A stretch of 64,000 nt of DNA, taken from NCBI GenBank assembly GCA_002898395.1, contig BEHE01000002.1, positions 59,462 to 123,461 on the forward strand, read 5' to 3'. Position 1 is the stretch's first letter. Each line of letters starts with the position of its first letter. This document shows, one piece after another, positions 48,068-58,273 of the stretch. The notes under the pieces are model-generated. The model searched no databases, was not told the origin of the DNA, and worked only from the letters and a program-made list of their open reading frames with translations. Both the position numbers and the translations under genes were made by a program. This DNA comes from Candidatus Calditenuaceae archaeon HR02. Lineage in GTDB: Archaea; Thermoproteota; Nitrososphaeria_A; Caldarchaeales; Calditenuaceae.

Positions 48068-49324
48068 CTACCGGAGCTTTTTCTGCGCAATAATTACCGG
48101 AATAAGGGAGCTCTTCCTAACGTAAGCCTTTAACCCGAGCTTGAGTTTATCCGCTAAATACTCCATCACCTCGCTAATGTTTTCGCACTTAACTGGGTTG
48201 TTTTTTAGAGCTTCTCTAACGATTTCCCTGAACCTCCAGACACCGAGTGGTACCCATCCGCGGTCAACCTCGAAGAATACTATGGCTCCAGACTGGACCT
48301 TCAGCTCTTCTAGGTGTCGGAGGACGGATAGTCTACAGGCGTAGTATGCTCCGCCAGTGTTCTCCGCGTAGCTTGTCCTTCCCCACGTAAACTCGCTGTC
48401 CGAGTATACCCCGCCGCTCCGAGCCCACCCTTCAAGCAACTCAAACATCCAGGGTGTAGGCGTAAGGACGATATGGGCCGTGTTATAGAGGGCTGAGAAG
48501 GAATGGACCCTGAACTCCGATATGGTTTCGTACCCCTTCACTTTCTTGATAATTGGCTTCGCTAGCATGTCGTCTATGGCGGTTATGCTCCACTCGGTCG
48601 GGACCAGCGTCCTGTCTATCCGCCTCCCTAGGAGTCCTGCGGAGAGAAGCCTTGTGAGATAGTACTCGTCGATGCCTCGGCTTGAAAGTTTCTGGACTGC
48701 CTCTAGCGCTGGGATATATGGATCATTGATTACGCGGTCGACCGGCCTAGGTATTGAGGGGTTGTCGATTAGCTTGATGGACTCGACCCTTCCTGCTGGG
48801 CCGTGTGGCGCATGTCTCACACCAAAACCCGGGACAAACCTTAACGAGCCAGACAACATCTTCAACTCAAGATCAACCGGCCTCTGGGAGGCGGAAGACT
48901 CCTGCACAACCTCAACAATCTTGGCTGGGCTTCTAGCCATATCTATATGAGCCCTTGTCATGCCCATTAAGACGCTGAGCCTCATGTTTAGTAGGTCATC
49001 CAAAGGTATGTAGAGCCAGGACCTTGGCGACTCTAGGACCCGCGGATCTATATCGGCTGTGAGCATCATACCTGTGCCTGCATAGACCCTAGGATACCCC
49101 CACTCGCCGACCAGTATTGTGGGAGGTGTTGGGCCTGACAAAACCCCTATGCTCTTTATGGATTTTAGAGCCTCCCCTATAGCCTCTCGATAGAACGGAC
49201 ATTTCATGAGGCTGCAGTTTTTAGAGACACCATGGCAGACTTCGCAGCTGAAAGACTCTAAACCTTTCTCCGGGCCACTCGCCGATGCCCAGCTCCAGCC
49301 CTCCACCCCATATAAAATATACAC
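48068..49324 (-). CDS. nre: Nre-family archaeal DNA repair protein
   Basis: N-terminal C4 (CEVC..C....CP), VGEWGYP, PTEWSITAIDD, GAYYACR, PLGVW..RE, C-terminal PIP-like QKKL. Confidence 0.9.
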   Translation of the reverse strand: MYILYGVEGWSWASASGPEKGLESFSCEVCHGVSKNCSLMKCPFYREAIGEALKSIKSIGVLSGPTPPTILVGEWGYPRVYAGTGMMLTADIDPRVLESPRSWLYIPLDDLLNMRLSVLMGMTRAHIDMARSPAKIVEVVQESSASQRPVDLELKMLSGSLRFVPGFGVRHAPHGPAGRVESIKLIDNPSIPRPVDRVINDPYIPALEAVQKLSSRGIDEYYLTRLLSAGLLGRRIDRTLVPTEWSITAIDDMLAKPIIKKVKGYETISEFRVHSFSALYNTAHIVLTPTPWMFELLEGWARSGGVYSDSEFTWGRTSYAENTGGAYYACRLSVLRHLEELKVQSGAIVFFEVDRGWVPLGVWRFREIVREALKNNPVKCENISEVMEYLADKLKLGLKAYVRKSSLIPVIIAQKKLR

Positions 49325-49414
49325 TAAACCAATTATTCAAGGATTCTTACTCGTGGAAAACAGTATCCATAACTTTTAGGTTGAGCCAGCTTCTTATGTT
49401 TTATGGGGGCGAAG

Positions 49415-50632
49415 ATGGCGGAGAGTCCGCGGAGGCCTGCGATAATAGTCGCGGCCTCGGAGATAATGCTCAAGGGTGGAAACCGACCCAGATATGAGCG
49501 CCTGTTGGCCAGGAATATAGCCGACGCGGTTAGCGGGCGTGGGGCAAAGGTGTATCGTAGGCAGGCGAGGATAATAGTTGAGCCAGGGGGTAGCGAAGAT
49601 GCTGAGGAACTAGCGCTACGGATAAGCAGAATCCCGGGCGTAAGATGGGTCCGTATAGGATATCTAATTCCGCGAGACTACGATTTGCTTATGCAGATAG
49701 CAGTGGAGAAGGCGAGGGAGATTGGGCCATCACGCGTAGCCGTTGAAGTATCGCGAGCGGATAAGTCCTATCCGAAGACCTCGCTCGAGATTGCGCGGGA
49801 GCTTGGTGAGCGTATATTGAGTACGTCGGGAGCGGTGATCGATTTAAAGAGTCCGGAGACGATTTTTTGGGTGAGTGTGCTTGATGACGCGTTCCTCTTT
49901 GGTTGGCGTCGGATTGAGGGCGTCGGCGGCCTGCCTGTAGGTGCGTCGGGGAGGGTGCTGGCACTTCTCTCAGGCGGGTTAGACTCACCTGTTGCCGCTT
50001 GGCTGATGATGAAGCGGGGATGTATCGTGGATATGCTCCACATCTACGCGCCACCCACCCCACAGGAGGCCCTATCCGAGAAGATCGGAGAACTCTTCCT
50101 AAAGCTAAAGGAGACGAGCCCCTCCTCGAGACTCTTCCTCGCACCATATCATCACTTCCTGAGCAATACCCTCTCGTCAAAGGCGCGGCTTGAGCTGGCC
50201 CTCTTCAGGAGGTTCATGCTCAGACTTGCCGAGGCTTTAAGCCTGGAGATTGGGGCGAAAGCTATTGTTACCGGCGACTCGGTAGGCCAAGTTGCATCCC
50301 AGACTCTCGAGTCCCTGCACGCAGCCTCCTATGGCCTCAGGCTAGTAGTGCTCCGCCCACTCGCAGGTTACGACAAGGAGGAGATTATCCGCCTCTCGAA
50401 GACGCTGGGATTCTACGAGCTCTCCATTAAGAGCTATAAGGATTGCTGCTCAATCGTATCGAGGCACCCCGTACCTAGACCCAGACTCGAGGATGTGGAG
50501 GAGGAGTGGAGGAGGCTGGGGCTTGACGATTCCGTGGCTAAGACGCTCGGGGAGGTCTACGTTTTTGATGGCGCTCGGCTAGAGGCTTGGAAAACTATAT
50601 CTACTGGGCGGCAGGAGATATCGCAGGAATGA
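49415..50632 (+). CDS. thiI: tRNA 4-thiouridine synthase ThiI (THUMP + PP-loop, no rhodanese domain)
   Basis: EIMLKGGNR, GGLPVG, SGGLDSPVA, GQVASQT, DCC. Confidence 0.95.
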   Translation: MAESPRRPAIIVAASEIMLKGGNRPRYERLLARNIADAVSGRGAKVYRRQARIIVEPGGSEDAEELALRISRIPGVRWVRIGYLIPRDYDLLMQIAVEKAREIGPSRVAVEVSRADKSYPKTSLEIARELGERILSTSGAVIDLKSPETIFWVSVLDDAFLFGWRRIEGVGGLPVGASGRVLALLSGGLDSPVAAWLMMKRGCIVDMLHIYAPPTPQEALSEKIGELFLKLKETSPSSRLFLAPYHHFLSNTLSSKARLELALFRRFMLRLAEALSLEIGAKAIVTGDSVGQVASQTLESLHAASYGLRLVVLRPLAGYDKEEIIRLSKTLGFYELSIKSYKDCCSIVSRHPVPRPRLEDVEEEWRRLGLDDSVAKTLGEVYVFDGARLEAWKTISTGRQEISQE

Positions 50633-50680
50633 TGAGATTTGTCTCAGCTGAGCTGTGAAGAAACCAGCTCACCCTGACCT
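50625..50680 (+). ncRNA. Box C/D 2'-O-methylation guide sRNA
   Basis: C box ATGATGA (50629-35), 12-nt guide, D' CTGA (50648-51), C' GTGAAGA (50655-61), 12-nt guide, D CTGA (50674-77), terminal AGG/CCT stem. Confidence 0.9.
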
Positions 50681-50683
50681 AAG

Positions 50684-52300
50684 GTGGATATTTCTTTGCC
50701 ACCCGGCCAAGCTCCTGGAAAATGGGGGTCGGATATCGCAAACAAATATCACCAGTCTACTAAGCACAGCTATGCCAGCGTCAGGGTGGGCTCAGGGTTC
50801 CTCGACTTCTCCAACAAACCATACCCCTTTAAATACTATGTAAGCGGTGAGAAGATGCAACTTCCTAGAGACTTCGAGAAGCCAGATAGCCCAGCCCTAG
50901 ACGCCCTTTTATGCAGCACACCTCCCAAGCTACGAACCGCCACATCACTAGGTCTCTTAGCCTCACTACTCTACTTCACGGCTGGGATAAGCCGTGTCGA
51001 GCGTGTTGGGGATCATTACATTTACTTTAGGGTGGCGCCAGCTACTGGAGCACTGCACAGCACCGAGCTCTACCCAGTGATTGGCAAGGTTGAGGGGTTA
51101 GAGGCGGGGGTCTATCATTTTGACCCGGGCGAGTTTGTTCTTACCAGGCTGAGGAGGGGGGACTTCAGGAGTGTGCTGGCCTCGGCCATCCAAGACGAGA
51201 GTATCTTACGCTCGAGATTCGGGGTCGTCTTCACGGCTTGCGGCTGGAGGAATGCTTGGAAGTATAGGGAGAGGAGCTATAGGCACTGGTTCTGGGACGG
51301 CGGTGCAATGGTCGCCAATTTTTTAGCAGTCACTTGCTCATTTGGCCTTGATGCGATGCTCCACGTAGGGTTTGATGACGGAGCCTTGAACGAGCTGGTG
51401 GGTGTTGATGGCGATGATGAGGCGGCCTTCGCAGTCATAACCGTGGATGGTGATGTTGAGGCCGCAGGGGGAGAGGCCCCAGAGAGGGTGGCCGGCCCAG
51501 TCGAGGCTGTACCCGCCGCCCAGAGAGGCAGGCCTGTGAAGTATTCCCTAATCTATGAGACACATACCTCGACTATGCTCCGATCCAGGCGGGATGTCGC
51601 GGCTTGGAAGGAGTCTGCAGCCCTGCTACACGGGTCGAATGGAAGTGGGGGTGAGGGGCTTCCGGTCCAATTACCCCAACCGGCGCCGACAGAGAAAAGG
51701 CTTTGGGAGGTGATTCTTCAGCGAGGCTCTACCAGAAAGTTTGCGAGGAGGAGTATTGGAGCCACCCAGCTCTCAGTCATACTCAGATATAGCTTCGGCC
51801 CGCTGAGGGCGGATTTCCTACCAGACCCCAGCGACACACTTATCCGCCCCTACTTGATCGTGAATGCGGTGGAGGGTATACCCAGCGGATGTTACCGATA
51901 CATACCGTCTACTGGTGAGCTGCGTCTCTTGAGGAAAGGACAGTTCAGGGAGGCTGCCGGCTACCTTTGCCTGGAACAGCCCCTGGGTAGGGATGCGTCT
52001 GTAGTTCTCTTCAACATGGCAGACCTTGACAGGGTCTTAGATGTGCTTGGGGGTCGGGGATACCGGGCAGTCCAGCTCGAGGGTGGAATAAGGCTTGGAA
52101 GGCTCTATCTATCCGCCTACTCACTAGGCCTCGGCGCAACGGGGCTAACATTCTACGACGACGACTGTGTAGAGTTTTTCTCGCCCAGCTCGAAAGGCTT
52201 AGAAATGGTGACCGTCGTGGCCATAGGGCATCCGGCCTACACATCCAGGCCGGGTAGCATTAGAGCCGGGATAATCAAGCACCCGGCGAAGGCGCTCTAA
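50684..52300 (+). CDS. Tandem-domain SagB/ThcOx-family FMN oxidoreductase
   Basis: YHQSTKH, FRVAPATGALH, GVYHFDP, WKYRERSYR; second domain RGSTRKF, GYR..QLEGG, GATGLTFYDD. Confidence 0.9.
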   Translation: MDISLPPGQAPGKWGSDIANKYHQSTKHSYASVRVGSGFLDFSNKPYPFKYYVSGEKMQLPRDFEKPDSPALDALLCSTPPKLRTATSLGLLASLLYFTAGISRVERVGDHYIYFRVAPATGALHSTELYPVIGKVEGLEAGVYHFDPGEFVLTRLRRGDFRSVLASAIQDESILRSRFGVVFTACGWRNAWKYRERSYRHWFWDGGAMVANFLAVTCSFGLDAMLHVGFDDGALNELVGVDGDDEAAFAVITVDGDVEAAGGEAPERVAGPVEAVPAAQRGRPVKYSLIYETHTSTMLRSRRDVAAWKESAALLHGSNGSGGEGLPVQLPQPAPTEKRLWEVILQRGSTRKFARRSIGATQLSVILRYSFGPLRADFLPDPSDTLIRPYLIVNAVEGIPSGCYRYIPSTGELRLLRKGQFREAAGYLCLEQPLGRDASVVLFNMADLDRVLDVLGGRGYRAVQLEGGIRLGRLYLSAYSLGLGATGLTFYDDDCVEFFSPSSKGLEMVTVVAIGHPAYTSRPGSIRAGIIKHPAKAL

Positions 52301-52330
52301 ACAGCCCTCCGCCAAGACTATAACCCAGAG

Positions 52331-53323
52331 TTGCGAAGTAGATTTGGCTTGAAGAAGGGAAATGGCTTATGCGACGTATGTAAGGGGGCCCAGCCGATCT
52401 ACAGGCAGGTCTACTCGGGTGTAAGCTTCTGCGACTCCTGCTTCAAAAAGAGTGTAGAGAAGCGTGTAAGGAAGACTATCTCTAGATACAGCCTCCTGAG
52501 AGAGGATGACAGAATTCTCGTCGCAGTCTCGGGAGGTAAAGACAGTCTAAGCCTCCTCAAGATCCTCGCCAAGATTGAAAAGACATATCCTAGGGCAAGC
52601 CTTGTCGCGGTCTCGATAGACGAGGGTATCCCAGGCTACAGAGATGAGGCCCTAAGACTCGCAGCAGACATGTGCAGAAGACTAGGGGTCGAGCACCGCG
52701 TCTACACGTTCGAGGACCTATTCGGGGTTGGCTTAACCGAGGCTATGAGTAGGGGCATTTTAAGCCGGCTGGGGCTGGGTGCCTGTTCACTCTGCGGGGT
52801 CTGGAGAAGAAAAGCCATCAGCCTAGCCGCAAGAGAGCTGAAGGCAACAGTTGTCGCTACAGCCCATACGCTCGACGACATAGTCCAGACATATCTAATG
52901 GATATCCTGCGCGGCGAGTTCCCAAAGGCGCCAATAGGCTTGAGACGGGAGGGAAACGGAATCATCCCACGCGTAGCCCCTCTCAGACTAATCCCAGAGG
53001 AGGAGGTGGTGCTTTACGCCTATCTAAGCCGGGTACCCTTCCAAGAAACACCATGCCCCAACGCCCAGAATTCCCAGCGAGACCTGGTGAGGACCTTCCT
53101 AGCCCAGTTTGAGTCGAGATACCCTGGCTCTCTCTTCGCCGCGCTCAAAACCATAGAATCAAGGATAGTGCCCCGCGAGGAGGCCCTCACACCATGCCAG
53201 GTATGCGGCGAGCCAGCCTCCAAAACCATCTGCCGTGCATGCGAGTTGGAGAGCCAAGTCTCTCGCCTCTCGGGTGAGATGGGCCAACTAGTCAGAGCGA
53301 ATATTGGTGTAGATGATGTATAG
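52331..53323 (+). CDS. TtuA/Ncs6 (CTU1-like) tRNA 2-thiolation enzyme
   Basis: Terminal Zn fingers, SGGKDS, DEGIPGYR, CSLCGVWRR, AHTLDD, CP. Confidence 0.92.
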   Translation: MRSRFGLKKGNGLCDVCKGAQPIYRQVYSGVSFCDSCFKKSVEKRVRKTISRYSLLREDDRILVAVSGGKDSLSLLKILAKIEKTYPRASLVAVSIDEGIPGYRDEALRLAADMCRRLGVEHRVYTFEDLFGVGLTEAMSRGILSRLGLGACSLCGVWRRKAISLAARELKATVVATAHTLDDIVQTYLMDILRGEFPKAPIGLRREGNGIIPRVAPLRLIPEEEVVLYAYLSRVPFQETPCPNAQNSQRDLVRTFLAQFESRYPGSLFAALKTIESRIVPREEALTPCQVCGEPASKTICRACELESQVSRLSGEMGQLVRANIGVDDV

Positions 53324-53430
53324 GGCATAGATCGAGAGACCCAGCAGGAATAAGATATATGCGTTTGAATACAGCATGTCGAAGAATTGGCTGGGCGACA
53401 TCCAAACCTACCTTATTCTGTCTCCTTTCT

Positions 53431-53462
53431 CCGCATATTAAAACTTCTCGCCTAATATGCGG
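53431..53462. repeat. Perfect 10-bp inverted repeat between convergent genes
   Basis: CCGCATATTA-N12-TAATATGCGG, 2 nt from the rgy stop codon. Confidence 0.8.
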
Positions 53463-53464
53463 TC

Positions 53465-56400
53465 TCACCCCTTCTCAGGCATTCTCGAGATTAGCATCGC
53501 CTCGTTATAGAGTTCTTTTAGGACCTCTTGATACCCCACCTCACCAGACTCCACCCGCTCCATAAGCTCCTCCAGCCTCCTCGTCAACTCCTCCGAAACG
53601 AGTGGTCCAAAGTTGGATGAGAGATACTCGTAGACTATCCTTCCAAGCCTAGTCGCCAGAATCCTGCCCCTATTGTTGAAGATGTATCCTCTCTTGTAGA
53701 GGACACTTAGTATCCTTGCATAAGTGCTTGGACGGCCTATCCCTCTCTCCCTCATGAGAGCGATAATATCGCCCTCGCGGAAGAGGGGGGCGGCCTGAAC
53801 ACTTTTCACATCCAGGTTGACCACCGTGTGTATACCAGGTTTCAGCGGCTCAAGAGCCCTAACAGTCTGGAATACCTGGAGAAAGCCTGGCTCCAACACA
53901 CCTACAATCCTCTCAACCTCATACTCGTGGCCAAGCACACTCACCTTGCTGACCTGCCTCTGGAGTAGAGCCTCCCTCATCTGGCTTGCCATAAAGCGTC
54001 TAAAGATAAGGTCGTAGAGGGCAAGGTCTCTGCCCTCCAGCCGCATAGGTATTCTGATCATGCCTGATTGGAGGTAGAGTTCGAGCTGCCTCCTATTAAG
54101 CGGCCTTGTCGGCCTGATGCACTCGTGCGCTCCCGGTTCTCCGTGGTGCCTTGGCGAGAAGAGCCCTGGATAGTTCTCGCCAATGTAGCTCCTGGCCACC
54201 GCTATCCCTGTAGAGGAGACGTAGGTTGACCCGGTCCTATGGTATGTTATCAGGCCAGACTCGAAGAGTCTCTGAGCCACCTGCATAGCCTCAGCAGCGC
54301 TCATCTTGAGCATGATTGAGGCGTCGCGTAGTAGAGAGTCAGTAGTGTAGGGGCGCGGTGGTGGGAGAGGGGTCTCAACAACATCTACGATTGTTGTCTC
54401 TACTTGGAGCGTGCCTTCCCTGTAACTCTTTTTAACATCTTCCACATCCTGTAGGTTCTCTAACACTATCTCAGAACCATCATCAAGAACCAACGTGGCG
54501 AGGACACGCTTCTTCTTCGCCTCCTCCATTCTTTGGAGGACCCAGCCGAGCACTGGGGTTTGAACCCGTCCCGCTGATAGGTGTTTCTTGCCGAAGTGTT
54601 CCCAGAGACGCCTGCTCAGCTCGAAGCCTACCCACCTATCCTCTATCCTCCTGACTGTCTGGGCTTCAACGAGGGGGAGCGAAATGTCTCGAGGGGACTT
54701 GAGGGCGTCTCTGAGCGCCTTTCTGGTTATCTCGTGGAACTCTAGCCTTTTAATCGATTTGTTGAACGGCTTAATGTTTACGTATATGTCGTATCCTATC
54801 TTCTCACCTTCAGCGTCAGGGTCAGTGGCTATGAAGACCGTGTCAAATTCTAGCGATAATTTACGGAGAGACTCGATGATTGTTCGCTTACTGTAGAATT
54901 TCTTTGAGCCGCAGTTTGGGCATGACTCGCCGTCTGTAAACTGCTCTCCACATTTCAAGCACCGTTTAATATCTATGTAAGTGGGTACGAACTCATTGTC
55001 GACCATTGCTACGCCGTGGAATCCGTATCCTGTAGTTAGGTCCACAACATGCCCCTGGGAGGCGGAGAGGCAAGCAACGTACCCCTCACCTATCGACTCA
55101 TAGACTGTTAATCCGTCGATAATTCGCCTGGCTGGTTTCCCGAAGAAGTAGGCTAAGGTTCTGGCCTTTGTAGGCGACTCAACTATTATCAACGATGATT
55201 TTAGAATATCGATCGCCTCCGGCCTCACCCCTCCGATTCTTATAGCCTGTAGAAGTTTCCTGTCCTTATCACAGAGTTTGAATTCTTCCTCCGCCAGCTC
55301 TGGCTGATATTCTTGAAACGTCTCTTCGTAAAGTGCCTCCAGACCCCTAGAAATCCCTCTGAAGGCCTTCTCATCATCTACTATCAGGATAGAGATTCCC
55401 CTGGTTATGCCCCCTGCAAACATTCTCGATGAGCGGCCAGATGCCTGAACATATCCATCGATGTCAGGTATAAGTATGGAGATGCCCTCTTTATCCGCGC
55501 GAATCTTTAAGTCAAGCATGTCGGCAATCCTTCTCAACTCCTCTTCACCTATTGAGGACTTCAGGAGCTGGTGGGCCCTCGTAACCGCGGAGTATACGTA
55601 GCCCGCAAACCCCTCAGGAGGCTTCCCCGTCTCAAGCCCCTGCCTAACTGCCTCCAGTATGTCGCCCCGAGTCGGAACACATTTATTTAGCATCCCCATG
55701 ACTTGGACGAGGTCGGCCTCCTTTTTCTCCCGAATAATTGGGGCTATATTTCTCAGGACACTCAAGAGCATTGAGGGGCGATGCTCGCTCCAAGACACAT
55801 TTAACTCTCGCCTCGGCACCCCAGCGAAGATTACATATCTTATCCGCTCCGGCAGGTCAATACCTCTCGCGAGCGGGCTTCTAGTACTAGCCACACCAAC
55901 TAATACATCATATTCTCCTGACCTGAAACGCTCCAGCATTCTGGCATTCATCCTCTCATAAGCGTACGCTTTTATCCCCCGGGTGTTTAGATACTTCGCC
56001 AGCTGTTTCGCCGACTCAACACCAGCCACCTGCGGAACAAATACTAGGCATCCACCGCCATGTCTCTCTATGAGGCCGGCTACATCCTCCCATAGACTCG
56101 TGCCCTGCCTCAGATACATGTTCGAGACGTTCCTGACTAAGTCTATTGAGCTACCGGGCTCAAAGCTAAGCGCAAGTCTAAACAGCCTCATTCTCTTGGT
56201 TTTCCGACCCCTCATAGTAGCCCCCGAGACGAGGAGAACGGAATCAACCTTCCTATCACTACTGATGGATGCTTTGTAGTGGTTGTCACTACCAGCTTCA
56301 CCAGATTCGCCTGAAATTAATTCGAGGTATTTTCCAATCTCCTCAAGAGTGAACCCCATTAGCAGCAATATTTTGTCAATGTTTTTTGGAGATTTTAGGA

Positions 56401-57055
56401 AGGAGTCAACATCGTCCACAAATATGAATGAGAATTTCTTACCGCTTAGTAAGTCATACCGACTATAGAGGAATCTGTCGGTTGTGATTAGTATGTCGAA
56501 GTTGTCCTGGGCGATTTGTTGAAGCACTTGGCTAGCGTCACTTCTCTTCATGCCAGAATAGTATCCGAGAATCCTGGGCTTTTTCTCGCCCATCGTGGAT
56601 GCTAGAGCGGCTGCCCTCTCTAGGAGGTGCTGGACGAGGAGGCTTGTGGGGACGACTATATATGACTTCTTTCCCTTAGTGGCTTGGTAGAGCGCCATTG
56701 CTAGGCAGAATGTCGTCTTGCCAGTCCCTGTGGGGGATATTAGCGAGAAGCTTCTTCCAAGGAGGACTCTCCTAGCCCAAGTCCTTTGAAGCGACCATGG
56801 GCGCGAGCCTACGATTCTTTCGAAGAAGGCCTCAAATTCCTTGAACCTCTCTTCCAGCTCCAGCACCGGGCTGTATTTTCCTGGCCTAATCCGGAGACGA
56901 CCGCCCTCCTGAAGACCTTCTATGAGGCATTGACTACACACTCCAAGCTCGACCAGCTCTTCGTCAGTTATTTCGCCGTCACAGTTGGGGCAGAGCGAGA
57001 CATATACCGACTTCAAATCTAGGCCTATGTTAAGGATAGCCTGGCTCATCCTCAA
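53465..57055 (-). CDS. rgy: Reverse gyrase
   Basis: CPNC Zn finger, PTGTGKTT, DDVD, RGIDLP, QASGRSSR, ESPTKA, DPDAEGE, SAGRVQTP, GLITYHRT, GRPSTY. Confidence 0.98.
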   Translation of the reverse strand: MRMSQAILNIGLDLKSVYVSLCPNCDGEITDEELVELGVCSQCLIEGLQEGGRLRIRPGKYSPVLELEERFKEFEAFFERIVGSRPWSLQRTWARRVLLGRSFSLISPTGTGKTTFCLAMALYQATKGKKSYIVVPTSLLVQHLLERAAALASTMGEKKPRILGYYSGMKRSDASQVLQQIAQDNFDILITTDRFLYSRYDLLSGKKFSFIFVDDVDSFLKSPKNIDKILLLMGFTLEEIGKYLELISGESGEAGSDNHYKASISSDRKVDSVLLVSGATMRGRKTKRMRLFRLALSFEPGSSIDLVRNVSNMYLRQGTSLWEDVAGLIERHGGGCLVFVPQVAGVESAKQLAKYLNTRGIKAYAYERMNARMLERFRSGEYDVLVGVASTRSPLARGIDLPERIRYVIFAGVPRRELNVSWSEHRPSMLLSVLRNIAPIIREKKEADLVQVMGMLNKCVPTRGDILEAVRQGLETGKPPEGFAGYVYSAVTRAHQLLKSSIGEEELRRIADMLDLKIRADKEGISILIPDIDGYVQASGRSSRMFAGGITRGISILIVDDEKAFRGISRGLEALYEETFQEYQPELAEEEFKLCDKDRKLLQAIRIGGVRPEAIDILKSSLIIVESPTKARTLAYFFGKPARRIIDGLTVYESIGEGYVACLSASQGHVVDLTTGYGFHGVAMVDNEFVPTYIDIKRCLKCGEQFTDGESCPNCGSKKFYSKRTIIESLRKLSLEFDTVFIATDPDAEGEKIGYDIYVNIKPFNKSIKRLEFHEITRKALRDALKSPRDISLPLVEAQTVRRIEDRWVGFELSRRLWEHFGKKHLSAGRVQTPVLGWVLQRMEEAKKKRVLATLVLDDGSEIVLENLQDVEDVKKSYREGTLQVETTIVDVVETPLPPPRPYTTDSLLRDASIMLKMSAAEAMQVAQRLFESGLITYHRTGSTYVSSTGIAVARSYIGENYPGLFSPRHHGEPGAHECIRPTRPLNRRQLELYLQSGMIRIPMRLEGRDLALYDLIFRRFMASQMREALLQRQVSKVSVLGHEYEVERIVGVLEPGFLQVFQTVRALEPLKPGIHTVVNLDVKSVQAAPLFREGDIIALMRERGIGRPSTYARILSVLYKRGYIFNNRGRILATRLGRIVYEYLSSNFGPLVSEELTRRLEELMERVESGEVGYQEVLKELYNEAMLISRMPEKG

Positions 57056-57082
57056 ATATTATTCCTTCGAGGGTTTACTAGA

Positions 57083-57610
57083 GTGGCTGACTGGATTACC
57101 CGCCTAACACTCATTAAGCGCGAAACGGCACCACCCGGTGGCCGGGGAGATTGCGCTGTCTCAGCCATACTGACTATGGATGGCAGTGTACTGCTTATCA
57201 AGAGGGGGTACAGGTCTGGAGACCCTTGGAGCAGGCACTGGGCGCTTCCAGGAGGTTTTTGGAAGGAGCAGGATGTTAGTCTGCTCAACACCGCTCTTCG
57301 GGAGGTTTTGGAGGAGGTTGGTATAGGGGCAGAGCATTTGAGGCTGTTAGGCTGGCTTACACCGAGAAGCCCAAGGAATAGACCCGAGCTAACCGTCCAT
57401 CCGCTGGTCTTTTTAGCCATGGAGAAGCCGCCGGTCAGGCTTGCAGACGAGCTTGAAGATTATAGGTGGGCGCCGCTTTATGGGTTGGAGAGGGGGCGGT
57501 ACGTGGCTGAGACTCCCCATGGCCCGGCTGAGGTTGATGCTTATGTCTGGGGTGATGTCGTAGTCTGGGGACTCACATACACAATTTTAAGAGAGCTTAG
57601 GGGTGAGTGA
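57083..57610 (+). CDS. Nudix hydrolase (CoA pyrophosphatase-like)
   Basis: DPWS.HWALPGG, ALREVLEEVG, WGLTY.IL. Confidence 0.9.
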   Translation: MADWITRLTLIKRETAPPGGRGDCAVSAILTMDGSVLLIKRGYRSGDPWSRHWALPGGFWKEQDVSLLNTALREVLEEVGIGAEHLRLLGWLTPRSPRNRPELTVHPLVFLAMEKPPVRLADELEDYRWAPLYGLERGRYVAETPHGPAEVDAYVWGDVVVWGLTYTILRELRGE

Positions 57611-58273
57611 GGCGTTTATAAGCCTTAGATATCCTCTATCGCCCAGCCAGACGGGCTCTGCCTCTATCCTCAACGAATCCCTGAAAAAGGGCGTATCAAT
57701 GACCAGGGTTTCATACTCTCCACCTTCACCCGCGAAATTAAATCCATAACGCTCAGAGAGAGCGCCAAGCTTTTCCACCGACTCGCGGTCTAGCCCTCTC
57801 CCCAACCACTCTGGCCCAAGACCGTGAGCGCTCACGGCTACTATCACGACAGAATACCCCCTTTCCAGCACCTCTGTCATAATCTCGCGGGGCTCCATCC
57901 CCCAGCAGGGCGCGACATGCCTGACACCCAGACTGCCTGCAAGCCACTCGACCCTATTTCTCTGATAACGGCTCGCCAGCCCCCCACTAAGTAACCCTTC
58001 AACACCATAATCTCTCACGAGGTCTCGCAAGGCGTCGTAGAGCTCTTGGACCTCCACTTCCTTTCTCCCGCTGACGTCAACGTATCTGTGCTCCAGGCCC
58101 ATGGCCTCTGCCTGAAGGTGTTGGACTCCTATGCATGTTGTGTGGAACATCCATGAGTCTCTCTCGAGGGGGCGTGCAGTAACTAGGAGGGCTATCTCAT
58201 GCCCAGCCTCCTGGGCCATCTGAAGGGAGAGCGTCGAATCTTTCCCGCCTGTGTAGAGAGAGAGGAGGCGCAT
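57587..58273 (-). CDS. dph6: Diphthine--ammonia ligase
   Basis: YTGGKDS, SWMFH, SRYQR.R, GEGGEYETLV.D.P.F. Confidence 0.92.
   Translation of the reverse strand: MRLLSLYTGGKDSTLSLQMAQEAGHEIALLVTARPLERDSWMFHTTCIGVQHLQAEAMGLEHRYVDVSGRKEVEVQELYDALRDLVRDYGVEGLLSGGLASRYQRNRVEWLAGSLGVRHVAPCWGMEPREIMTEVLERGYSVVIVAVSAHGLGPEWLGRGLDRESVEKLGALSERYGFNFAGEGGEYETLVIDTPFFRDSLRIEAEPVWLGDRGYLRLINASLTPKLS

Noticed and set aside
50684-52300. Azole-RiPP biosynthetic cluster
   Set aside because: No YcaO, precursor peptide or exporter adjacent.
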